Source of the DNA: Campylobacterales bacterium
GTDB lineage: Bacteria > Campylobacterota > Campylobacteria > Campylobacterales > Sulfurimonadaceae
DNA length: 64,000 nt
Assembly (NCBI GenBank): GCA_038205935.1
Contig: JBBRBK010000002.1
Coordinates: 37,839 to 101,838, forward strand
Direction of reading: 5' to 3'
Position numbers and translations under genes: made by a program. Under the pieces are notes generated by a model, which did not search any database, was not told where the DNA came from, and saw only the letters and a program-made list of their open reading frames with translations. Below are positions 48,039 to 56,581 of this stretch, one piece after another; position 1 is the first letter of the stretch; every line of letters begins with the position of its first letter.

Positions 48039-50633
48039 TTAATCTCTCTTTATTAAATCTATTGTAATCATTTCATCTTCTACAGTTTTCATATTTGAAA
48101 AATTTGAATTTGGCTTGCCGATATGAAAACCTTGTAGGTAATCCACACCCATCTCTTTGAGTGTGATTACAATCTCTTCATTTTCAACATACTCTGCGAC
48201 TGTTTTTACATTTAACTCTTTTGCAAGAGTTAAGATACTATTTACAAATGCACGATCTTGTTTGTCTTTATTGATATTAATAATAAACTCACCGTCGATT
48301 TTGAGATAATCGATAGGGAACTTTTTTATGTAATGAAATGATGAAAATCCAGATCCAAAGTCATCGATTGCAAACTTATAACCTTGCATTTTAAGGTTGA
48401 GTACAAATTTTTCCAAAATAGAGAAGTTTTTGACGGTTTCTCTTTCAGTGATCTCAAAGACAATATTGTCTTTAGAAATATTATATTTTTTAATCAGATT
48501 CGTAATCGATTCAGCATAATTTCCGACAATAAGTGATTTTGGGGAAAGATTGATAAATAAAATCCCTTTGTACTGTTCTTTATTTATTTTTATAAACGCA
48601 TTTTCTATGACCATCAGGTCCATACGATTGATCATACTCATACTCTCTGCAACCTCTATAAACTCATATGCAGGGATCACCTTGCCATCGATTTCGATAC
48701 GCATTAAAAGCTCATGTATCTCAACTTCTCCTGTTTTTGTATTTTGCAGAGGTTGAAAATATGCAACAATGCGATTATTGGAAACGGCATCTAGCAAAAG
48801 TGCTGATTTTGCTTTTTGCTCTTTGACGACAGAGAGAATATCCTCTTGAGATGGAAGTTTGATTCCATTTTTCCCCTCTTCTTTAACTCTATACATCATA
48901 CTGTCGGCGATAAGAAAGAGTTCTTTTTCTGTTTGTGCATGTTCTGGATATACGGCTACCCCAATAGAAGCAGTCACACTTACGTATTTACCATCAGATG
49001 CAAGCAATCGGAACTCTTCGACCGCTTGTAAAATTTTGCTTGAGACTTCGAAAGCACCGTTGATATCACACTCAGGAAGTATAATTGTAAATTCATCTCC
49101 TCCATAACGTGAGAGGATATCCTCATCCCTTTTATTTGTAGAAAGCAATCTTGCAAATTCTTGAAGAAAACTATCTCCAAAAGCGTGTCCATAGCGATCA
49201 TTGATGGGTTTGAAGTTATCGCAGTCTATGACTAAAAGTGCGAATTTGTATTCATGACGAGCTGCTCTTTTGATCTCATATTCAAGAAGATCTGCAAAAA
49301 TTCTTTGATTAAAGAGTCCTGTTAGGGGATCATGTGCGGCATAATATTCAAGATCGTTTGTATATTTATTGATTGCTTTGACTGATCCTACAAGATTGAC
49401 CATAGTTGTTAGAATGCTGTCTATGACGATATGTTTTACCGGATCTACTGCGATCTCTGATTGTACACTGAGTCCCACTATACCGCCAATTTTTGGGGTA
49501 TCTAAAAATAAAGATTTTGTTCTGTGAGCAAAATTATCATACTCAGAACTATTGATACATTTATTATGATCAGTCACATTGTGACGAACCGTATAATCAC
49601 TGTATCCTAAAAAGTGATCAGTTTGTGTTATTTGTGTTTTGACATACTCTTCATATCTCTCTTTCACATTTTCTTCAGGAGTTCCAAACCAAAAAATATC
49701 CACTTCAAATTGATCATCACCGACTCTAAAAATAGTCATAAGCGTGTATGTCGCCATAACGCTGTTGATATCTTCTAAGAGCTCAGAGATAAAATCACGC
49801 CAATCTCTTACTATGTCGGAAGTGATAATAAATTTATCCAAAAGCTGTATCTCAAACTCTAAAAGATCCTTATCGACGGCGACCGCTTTTAATTTTTGAG
49901 CAAGAAGATTAACATTTGAGATAATTTGATTGAGTTCATCAAAGTGCAGATTTATCTCTGTTGAGTCAAACTCTTTAAAGTCTTCTACAGAGTTGATGTT
50001 TTGTACTTTGTCGTTAAAAAGTTTGAGAGAATTCGTGATTTTTGAAGTGGTGTATCTTGAAGCAAAAAAAGCTGCCGCTCCAAATAAAGGAAGGGCGATT
50101 AAAAAGAAATAAACATACTCTAAAAAAGTCTCTCGAATGATACTTACAAGATTTTGTTTTACTTCTATTACTCCGAGGGTATCGCCTACATGCGCGTTAA
50201 CATGACACTTTAAACATTCATCTTTTGCATTGAGTGGAAGTAAATTTCGCAATTCTCCATCGTTGTTGACAATCTCTTTTTTCCCAGTTTGAAGAGTATG
50301 GTCGATGAGAGCATCTTTTTTCGCTTCCAAAACAGTTCCAAAAAGCTGTTTGACTAAATCACTTCGATAAATTGTGATGACATAATTGGAATCATTGAAA
50401 TTTTCTTTGAGTGAAGACATAAAATCATTGAGATCATCTCTACTCCATCCTCTTTTCATAACTTGATACATGGAAGTAAAGACTTGACTTGATATGGCAT
50501 TTGCATGTTTGATGGCATTTTTTTCGGCTAATGCCGTATGAAGATAAGTCGTAAACACAAAGACCAAAACAAACAAAGAGGATAAAAGAATAAGATTAAT
50601 TGAAAAGATGAAATTTTTTAGTGTTTTTGGCAT
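48039..50633 (-). CDS. Membrane GGDEF-EAL protein with periplasmic CxxCH
   Basis: CLKCH between two TMs; RYGGDEF; ELLMR; DDFGSGFSS. Confidence 0.9.
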   Translation of the reverse strand: MPKTLKNFIFSINLILLSSLFVLVFVFTTYLHTALAEKNAIKHANAISSQVFTSMYQVMKRGWSRDDLNDFMSSLKENFNDSNYVITIYRSDLVKQLFGTVLEAKKDALIDHTLQTGKKEIVNNDGELRNLLPLNAKDECLKCHVNAHVGDTLGVIEVKQNLVSIIRETFLEYVYFFLIALPLFGAAAFFASRYTTSKITNSLKLFNDKVQNINSVEDFKEFDSTEINLHFDELNQIISNVNLLAQKLKAVAVDKDLLEFEIQLLDKFIITSDIVRDWRDFISELLEDINSVMATYTLMTIFRVGDDQFEVDIFWFGTPEENVKERYEEYVKTQITQTDHFLGYSDYTVRHNVTDHNKCINSSEYDNFAHRTKSLFLDTPKIGGIVGLSVQSEIAVDPVKHIVIDSILTTMVNLVGSVKAINKYTNDLEYYAAHDPLTGLFNQRIFADLLEYEIKRAARHEYKFALLVIDCDNFKPINDRYGHAFGDSFLQEFARLLSTNKRDEDILSRYGGDEFTIILPECDINGAFEVSSKILQAVEEFRLLASDGKYVSVTASIGVAVYPEHAQTEKELFLIADSMMYRVKEEGKNGIKLPSQEDILSVVKEQKAKSALLLDAVSNNRIVAYFQPLQNTKTGEVEIHELLMRIEIDGKVIPAYEFIEVAESMSMINRMDLMVIENAFIKINKEQYKGILFINLSPKSLIVGNYAESITNLIKKYNISKDNIVFEITERETVKNFSILEKFVLNLKMQGYKFAIDDFGSGFSSFHYIKKFPIDYLKIDGEFIININKDKQDRAFVNSILTLAKELNVKTVAEYVENEEIVITLKEMGVDYLQGFHIGKPNSNFSNMKTVEDEMITIDLIKRD

Positions 50634-50857
50634 ACTCTACTCTATTATATATATTTCTTAAAATTATATCAAAATATTTTATATAAATATTTTTATTAAG
50701 GTTTTTGACGTAATGAAAATTTCATTACTAAAAATTTTTTTGAAATGCATTATAATTATCATTAAATATGACACTTGCGCTTAAGTGTTACAATACTATA
50801 GCTATAAGCATTGATGAAATAATTATTTTATTTGTCAAAGATCTTAACTTCAGTAAG

Positions 50858-51766
50858 CTAGAAATAGCCTATGATCTTCGTGGCTATAAAAATAACTCCC
50901 AAAAACATCAAAGAGCTTATAAACACTAACGCTGTCACGACTCTAGGCACGCAGTCATAAAGTGAAGCGAGATTAACGTTTGCTATGGCGAGGGGCATCA
51001 TCAGTTCTATAAAAACGATCCCTTTTATCATCGGTGAGAGATCAAGCGGATATAAAACCCCAAAAGCGATAAGCGGTAAAAGGATAAATTTTACAGAGCT
51101 GACAAGGCTCAAAAGTGTCCTGTCAATCTCTTTGATTTTCGTGCCATAAAGATAGATGCCAAACAAAAAGAGTTGCATGGTTATAGAAGCGTACGCACCC
51201 ATCATCAGCATATTTGCCACGATTGGCGAGGGTTTATAGCCACTAGCACTTAGTATTATTGCGATGATCGCCGCCCAAAGAATAGGGATCTTAGCTATGT
51301 TTGTAAGTGATGTTTTCACATCAAAATTGCCGCGGGAATAGTAATAGACTCCAAAGCTGTAAACGACAAAGACATTGACAAGGTTTACAACTGTGGTGTA
51401 GGGAATAGAAGCTTCTCCAAATATGGCGATATTGATGGGAATTCCGAGATTTCCTGTGTTGCCTATGATGGCGGCGACTGTGGCGATGGAGCGCTCTTTT
51501 TGGTCAGAAAAAAGTTTACGTGCGACTAAAATGGAGATAAAAAGGACAACCAAGACAACGACGAGATAAGCTGATGGAGCGTATAAAAGAGAGATATTCA
51601 CAGGCTGTAAAAGAAGTCCCCAAAAGGTGAGAAATACTTGTAAAAAGTAGACGTTAATGATGGTAATGGTCTTATCATCGATCTTCTCTTTAAAGCTCAT
51701 TTTTGAGAGAAAGCCCATAACGATAAAGACATAAACACTCAAAATAGAAAAGATAACATTTATCAT
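50858..51766 (-). CDS. AEC-family transporter
   Basis: GNTGNLGIP; about 10 TMs. Confidence 0.88.
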   Translation of the reverse strand: MINVIFSILSVYVFIVMGFLSKMSFKEKIDDKTITIINVYFLQVFLTFWGLLLQPVNISLLYAPSAYLVVVLVVLFISILVARKLFSDQKERSIATVAAIIGNTGNLGIPINIAIFGEASIPYTTVVNLVNVFVVYSFGVYYYSRGNFDVKTSLTNIAKIPILWAAIIAIILSASGYKPSPIVANMLMMGAYASITMQLFLFGIYLYGTKIKEIDRTLLSLVSSVKFILLPLIAFGVLYPLDLSPMIKGIVFIELMMPLAIANVNLASLYDCVPRVVTALVFISSLMFLGVIFIATKIIGYF

Positions 51767-51777
51767 AGTGAAAGCAT

Positions 51778-52209
51778 TTAGAAGATGTAAGGGATAAGAC
51801 GATAAGTATGTTGTGTGTACTCTTTATAAGCATCATCTTTACAGTGCCAAAGTGACTCTTCGTAAAACATTTTAGTCAGCATATTGACAAGCAATAACAG
51901 ATATATAACACTCACATAAATGTTTGCATATAAAACCAAAACGCCAAACATCGATAACAAAACGGATGAGTACATAGGATGACGGATATATTTGTAAATA
52001 CTGTGACTTACGAGGGTGCAGTTTTCTTTGATATCTGGACGGATGTTAAAGTTTCCCGGAGTATGGGCTTTGAGGGCAAATAGTCCGATAATGATGCCAA
52101 GAATGATGATAACAAGACCTGAGTATAGATTTTGCACTCCTCCACCAAGAGGCAGAATCATTAAAAAGATGGCGAGAAACTGGATAAAAACTAAGATACG
52201 ACTTTTCAT
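51778..52209 (-). CDS. Isoprenylcysteine carboxyl methyltransferase-family membrane protein
   Basis: IYKYIRHPMY, EE...Y, RLIPYIF. Confidence 0.88.
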   Translation of the reverse strand: MKSRILVFIQFLAIFLMILPLGGGVQNLYSGLVIIILGIIIGLFALKAHTPGNFNIRPDIKENCTLVSHSIYKYIRHPMYSSVLLSMFGVLVLYANIYVSVIYLLLLVNMLTKMFYEESLWHCKDDAYKEYTQHTYRLIPYIF

Positions 52210-52304
52210 AGAAGAATCTTATCAGATTTACTCTAATTTCAAAACAATACCTTGAGTAAAGTCGAGATTTTGTAAAATCATCTGCTTGAAGGTTCAGGCG
52301 AGAC

Positions 52305-52402
52305 TAAAAATGTATCTATCTGTGCTCATTCTCAAAATTTCATAGATGAAATTTTTCCGAGGCTGCGCTTTGCTTAGAACCGCACCAATAGATACATTTT
52401 TA
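52305..52402. repeat. 98-bp element with perfect 15-bp terminal inverted repeats (MITE-like or structured RNA)
   Basis: TAAAAATGTATCTAT...ATAGATACATTTTTA with internal AAAATTTCAT-ag-ATGAAATTTT. Confidence 0.6.
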
Positions 52403-52444
52403 TTCTTCATACTTTTATAACAGCTTACATGTAAAGGTTTTTTT

Positions 52445-54043
52445 ATGGTTGATGTTTTAGTGATTGGTGCTGGCGGTGCTGGTCTTGTGGCGGCGTTAAG
52501 CGCTAAAGAGTCTGGTGCGAGTGTGAGGGTGCTTACAAAGACTTATCCGACGCGTTCACAGACTTGTATGGCACAAGGCGGAATCAACGCAGCGCTGGGC
52601 AATGTGAGCGAAGACAGCGTCAAATCCCATTATGAAAATACTCTCAAATCAGCTCACGGCATTGCAAATAAGAAGATGATAGAAAAGCTTTGTAGTGAGG
52701 GCATCGAGGCTGTAAAATGGCTCGATAGCATCGGTATGCCTTTTAGTAGAACTGAAAATGGGACGATTGCTCAAAGACGCCTTGGCGGTGCAAGTGCGCC
52801 TCGCGCTTGTTATGCTCAGGATTACACGGGACTCAAAATCCTTCATACGCTTTACGACCAGTGTAATGCGAACGATATCGAGATGCTCAGCGAGAGATTT
52901 TTGCTGGAACTTTTAGTAGAAGATGGTGTTGTTTGTGGAGCGAAAGTGCTCAATATCAAAACAGGTGAAATCGAAATTCATGAAGCTAAAAGTGTTATCT
53001 TAGCAACGGGCGGATATAGTCGTGTATATGGCAAAAATTCTACAAATGCTGTCGGTTCTACGGGTGATGGGATTGCCGTGGCTTATCGAGCGGGAGTAAA
53101 CTTGAGCGATATGGAGTTTGTGCAGTTTCATCCTACAGGGCTTAAAAACTCCTCTATTCTTATAAGTGAAAGTGCGCGAGGTGAGGGCGGATATCTCTTA
53201 AATAAAGAGGGCAAACGCTTTACTGATGAGCTTGCACCACGTGATGAGGTTAGTCGAGCGATTTATGAAGAGATAGAAAAAAGCGGCGAAGTTTATATAG
53301 ATATTCGTCATTTGGGAGAGGAGTTTATTTCTCATAATCTTCCTCAAGAACGTAAACTCGCAAAGCTGTATGAAAATGTTGATCCCGCTTTTGACCTTGT
53401 TCCCATCAAACCCGTTGCTCACTATACAATGGGCGGAATCGATGTAGATGAAAATGCACAGACAAACATTCAAGGACTTTTTGCCGTAGGTGAATGTGCA
53501 AATCAAAAAGTACACGGAGCCAATCGTCTTGGAGGAAACTCTTTGCTTGAACTCATTGTTTTTGGGCGAGAGACGGGAAAGAATGCTGCGAAGTCGGCAA
53601 AAGAAAACCTACTTACACCCGCAGGGCACTCCGCATCTGCGCAAGTTAAACACGAAGATCTCTTATTTGATCTTGAAGTAAGGTCTACATGTAAAGTAGA
53701 TTTTTATAAAAAAAGAGATGAACTCGCAGAGCAGTTTTACCAAAATGTTGGGATAAAACGTAATGAGCAAAAGTTATCAAACGCGTTAAAATACTTGCAA
53801 ACTCTCAAAGAACAGCTTCCTTTGATGGGCGTTAGGGATTCAAACAAACTCTATAACACGGAGTTAGTCGATTTTTTAGAGTTTAAAAATATAATAGATT
53901 TAGCAGAGATGGTTGTGTCAGGTGCACTACAAAGAGAAGAGAGCCGAGGTGCGCATTACAGAGAAGATATGCCGAGTGAAAATGAAGCCTTTGAAAAAAA
54001 TACGATTTATTATAAAAATGGAGAAAAACTATGTATCGAGTAG
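52445..54043 (+). CDS. Succinate dehydrogenase / fumarate reductase flavoprotein subunit
   Basis: GAGGAG, RSQTCMAQGG, QFHPT, HYTMGG, HGANRLGGNSL, ESRGAH. Confidence 0.92.
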   Translation: MVDVLVIGAGGAGLVAALSAKESGASVRVLTKTYPTRSQTCMAQGGINAALGNVSEDSVKSHYENTLKSAHGIANKKMIEKLCSEGIEAVKWLDSIGMPFSRTENGTIAQRRLGGASAPRACYAQDYTGLKILHTLYDQCNANDIEMLSERFLLELLVEDGVVCGAKVLNIKTGEIEIHEAKSVILATGGYSRVYGKNSTNAVGSTGDGIAVAYRAGVNLSDMEFVQFHPTGLKNSSILISESARGEGGYLLNKEGKRFTDELAPRDEVSRAIYEEIEKSGEVYIDIRHLGEEFISHNLPQERKLAKLYENVDPAFDLVPIKPVAHYTMGGIDVDENAQTNIQGLFAVGECANQKVHGANRLGGNSLLELIVFGRETGKNAAKSAKENLLTPAGHSASAQVKHEDLLFDLEVRSTCKVDFYKKRDELAEQFYQNVGIKRNEQKLSNALKYLQTLKEQLPLMGVRDSNKLYNTELVDFLEFKNIIDLAEMVVSGALQREESRGAHYREDMPSENEAFEKNTIYYKNGEKLCIE

Positions 54044-54177
54044 ATGAAATAAAATGTATGAGTGATGAAGAAGTTGAAAACGAAGAGAGTTTAGAAGAGA
54101 GCGAAGATGACTGGGAAGGATGTTGCGAAGACGTTTTGATGGATGATGAGTTTTATGAAAGAGAGTATTGTGACTGA
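54031..54177 (+). CDS. 48-aa acidic Cys-containing microprotein (below the ORF-track cutoff)
   Basis: MYRVDEIKCMSDEEVENEESLEESEDDWEGCCEDVLMDDEFYEREYCD; GGAG RBS; TGATG coupling to the next gene. Confidence 0.7.
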   Translation: MYRVDEIKCMSDEEVENEESLEESEDDWEGCCEDVLMDDEFYEREYCD

Positions 54178-54884
54178 TGAAAATTGATATTAAAAGAGAT
54201 GAGCAAACAGTTAGTTATGAGCTGGCTTGCGAAGATCTTACTTTGCTGGAACTTTTAACTCATATCAAAACTGAGATAGACAGTTCTTTGGCCTTTTCAT
54301 CAGGATGCAGAAGCGGCGTTTGTGGAAGCTGTGCCATGCGCGTCAATGGCACAGAGGTGCTTGCATGTGCATACAAACCTCAAGATGGCGACGTAATAGA
54401 ACCGCTTCGTTATGCTCCTGTTGTACGTGATTTGGTTGTGGATATGGATAAAGTGCTTGCCTTTAATAAGATTGCAAAAGCTTGGGGATTGCCGACTTCA
54501 CACGCGCAGAGTGCCTTGCGTGTAAGCCAAAAAGATGCAGAGATAAATGAACTTCAAAGCGATTGCATCTTGTGTGGAGCGTGTTATAGTGCTTGTCCTG
54601 TTTATGCTGTAAATCCCGAATTCATAGGTCCATTTGCCCTCACACGCGCTTGGCGATATGTGAGTGATGTGAGAGAAACGGATGTAACTCAAACGATTTT
54701 GGCTGTACAAACAAAAGGGATTTACGACTGCACACTCTGTAATGAATGTGTCCCTGTTTGTCCTCAAGGAATCGCTCCAAAACAAGATATTGTGATGCTG
54801 AGAAATAAAAGCGGTGTAATGGGATATATGGATCCAAATTTCGCGAGCTCTTTTGGTGGTTTTGATTCAGGCTTTACATTTTAA
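54177..54884 (+). CDS. SDH/FRD iron-sulfur subunit
   Basis: CRSGVCGSC, CILCGACYSACP, CTLCNECVPVCP. Confidence 0.93.
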   Translation: MKIDIKRDEQTVSYELACEDLTLLELLTHIKTEIDSSLAFSSGCRSGVCGSCAMRVNGTEVLACAYKPQDGDVIEPLRYAPVVRDLVVDMDKVLAFNKIAKAWGLPTSHAQSALRVSQKDAEINELQSDCILCGACYSACPVYAVNPEFIGPFALTRAWRYVSDVRETDVTQTILAVQTKGIYDCTLCNECVPVCPQGIAPKQDIVMLRNKSGVMGYMDPNFASSFGGFDSGFTF

Positions 54885-54960
54885 AATCTTTTTTCACAAT
54901 TTTAGTAAAAATGAAGATATTTTGTCTTACTATACGCTTACTTTAGTATAAGGAAAAATT

Positions 54961-55413
54961 ATGACAAGGCCCACGCCTACAAGCCAAGAGATCGATTTTC
55001 AGGATGGAAATTTCATTTATGAAATGGACAATGATGGGTACATCACTTATGCAAACAGATCTTTTTTAAACTTTACGGGTTACGATAAAGCTGAACTTAT
55101 TGGTTCACATTATAGTCAAACGGTTGATCCGCATATGCCAACAACACTCTTTCACTGCATGCAGACATCTACAAGAAAAGGTGAAGAGTGGAAAGGGTAC
55201 TCTAAAAACCTTTTAAAAAGTGGAGATCATTACTGGTCAGTTGCGCATGTAAGTCCAAAAGAGGATGTAAATGAGGGCTATATCGTGATGTACAATCCAG
55301 CTGGAAAAATGGCGGTTGAGGATATCTCAAAAAAATATGAAGAGATTTATGCACTAGAACAAAAAGGGGAAGATACACGTGGCTTGATTAGAAATATTAT
55401 CGTCTTGAGATAA
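54961..55413 (+). CDS. Stand-alone PAS protein (Aer/CetB-like)
   Basis: GYITYAN, DPHMP, WKGYSKN...YW. Confidence 0.8.
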   Translation: MTRPTPTSQEIDFQDGNFIYEMDNDGYITYANRSFLNFTGYDKAELIGSHYSQTVDPHMPTTLFHCMQTSTRKGEEWKGYSKNLLKSGDHYWSVAHVSPKEDVNEGYIVMYNPAGKMAVEDISKKYEEIYALEQKGEDTRGLIRNIIVLR

Positions 55414-55477
55414 AACAGATTTAAAACCCTAAGTTTTATCTGTTATAATTACTAAAACAGTTGTGAGGTGGTATGTT

Positions 55478-55978
55478 ATGGCTCCAAAAGAATTTTCATT
55501 TGATATTTCTGCAAAAATTGATATGCAGGCGTTTAAAGATTGTATCAATCTTGTTGATAAAGAAGTCGCTAACAGATATGACTTTAAGGGAACTCCTTAT
55601 GAAGTGAGCTACAAAGAGAAAGAAAAAGCTCTTGTGCTTATAGCATCAAGTGACAATAAACTTGAAGCGCTTTATGACATAGTAATATCAAAATTGCTTA
55701 AGCGCGACCTTTCTTCAAAAGCTTTAGATGAAGCGAAAGTTGAAAACGCGAGTGGTAATACACGCAAAGCAACTTACAAGATTGTCGATTATATTGACTC
55801 AAAAGAAGCGAAGAAGATCGTCGCAGAGATCAAAAACTTAAAACTCAAAGTTACAGCGACTATCGAAGGTGATGCGATTCGTATAAAATCAAAACAGATT
55901 GATGATCTTCAAAAAGTGATGAAGACTATCCGTTCTATGGAGTGGGAAGCACCGCTTGTTTTTGAAAATATGCGTTAG
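55478..55978 (+). CDS. yajQ: YajQ-family protein
   Basis: SFDISAKID, NRYDFKG, IDDLQKV, FENMR; ATG 55478 with GAGG RBS. Confidence 0.92.
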   Translation: MAPKEFSFDISAKIDMQAFKDCINLVDKEVANRYDFKGTPYEVSYKEKEKALVLIASSDNKLEALYDIVISKLLKRDLSSKALDEAKVENASGNTRKATYKIVDYIDSKEAKKIVAEIKNLKLKVTATIEGDAIRIKSKQIDDLQKVMKTIRSMEWEAPLVFENMR

Positions 55979-55987
55979 GAGATTGTT

Positions 55988-56581
55988 ATGGCAAAACTAA
56001 CTATACAAGAAGCGTCAGATCATTTTAAAGTCTCAAAAGAAGCGATCCATAATCGTATAAGACGTGGAAGTCTTGCTTGTATAACTGAGCACGGCGTAAA
56101 ATATGTGATAGTGGAAGATGCCATAACACAAACCAAACAAGTTGCAAACGATGATAAATATTATGCATTTTTAGAAGAGCAAAATAAAACACTGCAAGAA
56201 AAAGTCAATCGTCTTGAAAAAGACAACTCATCCCTTCGAGATCAAAAAGAGCTTATGCTCATAGAAGAGCGTATAAAAATCGAAAATATTTATAAAGAAA
56301 AAGATGAACAGTTAAAAAATATCCTCCAAACTATCTCTGCAAAATTCTTATCTCAACATAGTCAAACTGAGGTTTCAAATGTTGAAATCATAGATGTTGA
56401 AAGTGATGAGATCTCTTTAAAAAAATATTTACGCTCTCTAAATCTCAAGTCAAAAAAAGAGGAAAAAGTAAAAACCCGCTTTAAGATGATGGCGCACAGA
56501 GATGAGCGAATCTTCATAAGAGGCGATAAACTCTTTGTCAATCCAAAACTCTACAGTTATGGCGATATTACCTCTATATGA
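55988..56581 (+). CDS. HTH plus coiled-coil hypothetical DNA-binding protein
   Basis: LTIQEASDHFKVSKEAIHNRIRRG. Confidence 0.8.
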   Translation: MAKLTIQEASDHFKVSKEAIHNRIRRGSLACITEHGVKYVIVEDAITQTKQVANDDKYYAFLEEQNKTLQEKVNRLEKDNSSLRDQKELMLIEERIKIENIYKEKDEQLKNILQTISAKFLSQHSQTEVSNVEIIDVESDEISLKKYLRSLNLKSKKEEKVKTRFKMMAHRDERIFIRGDKLFVNPKLYSYGDITSI

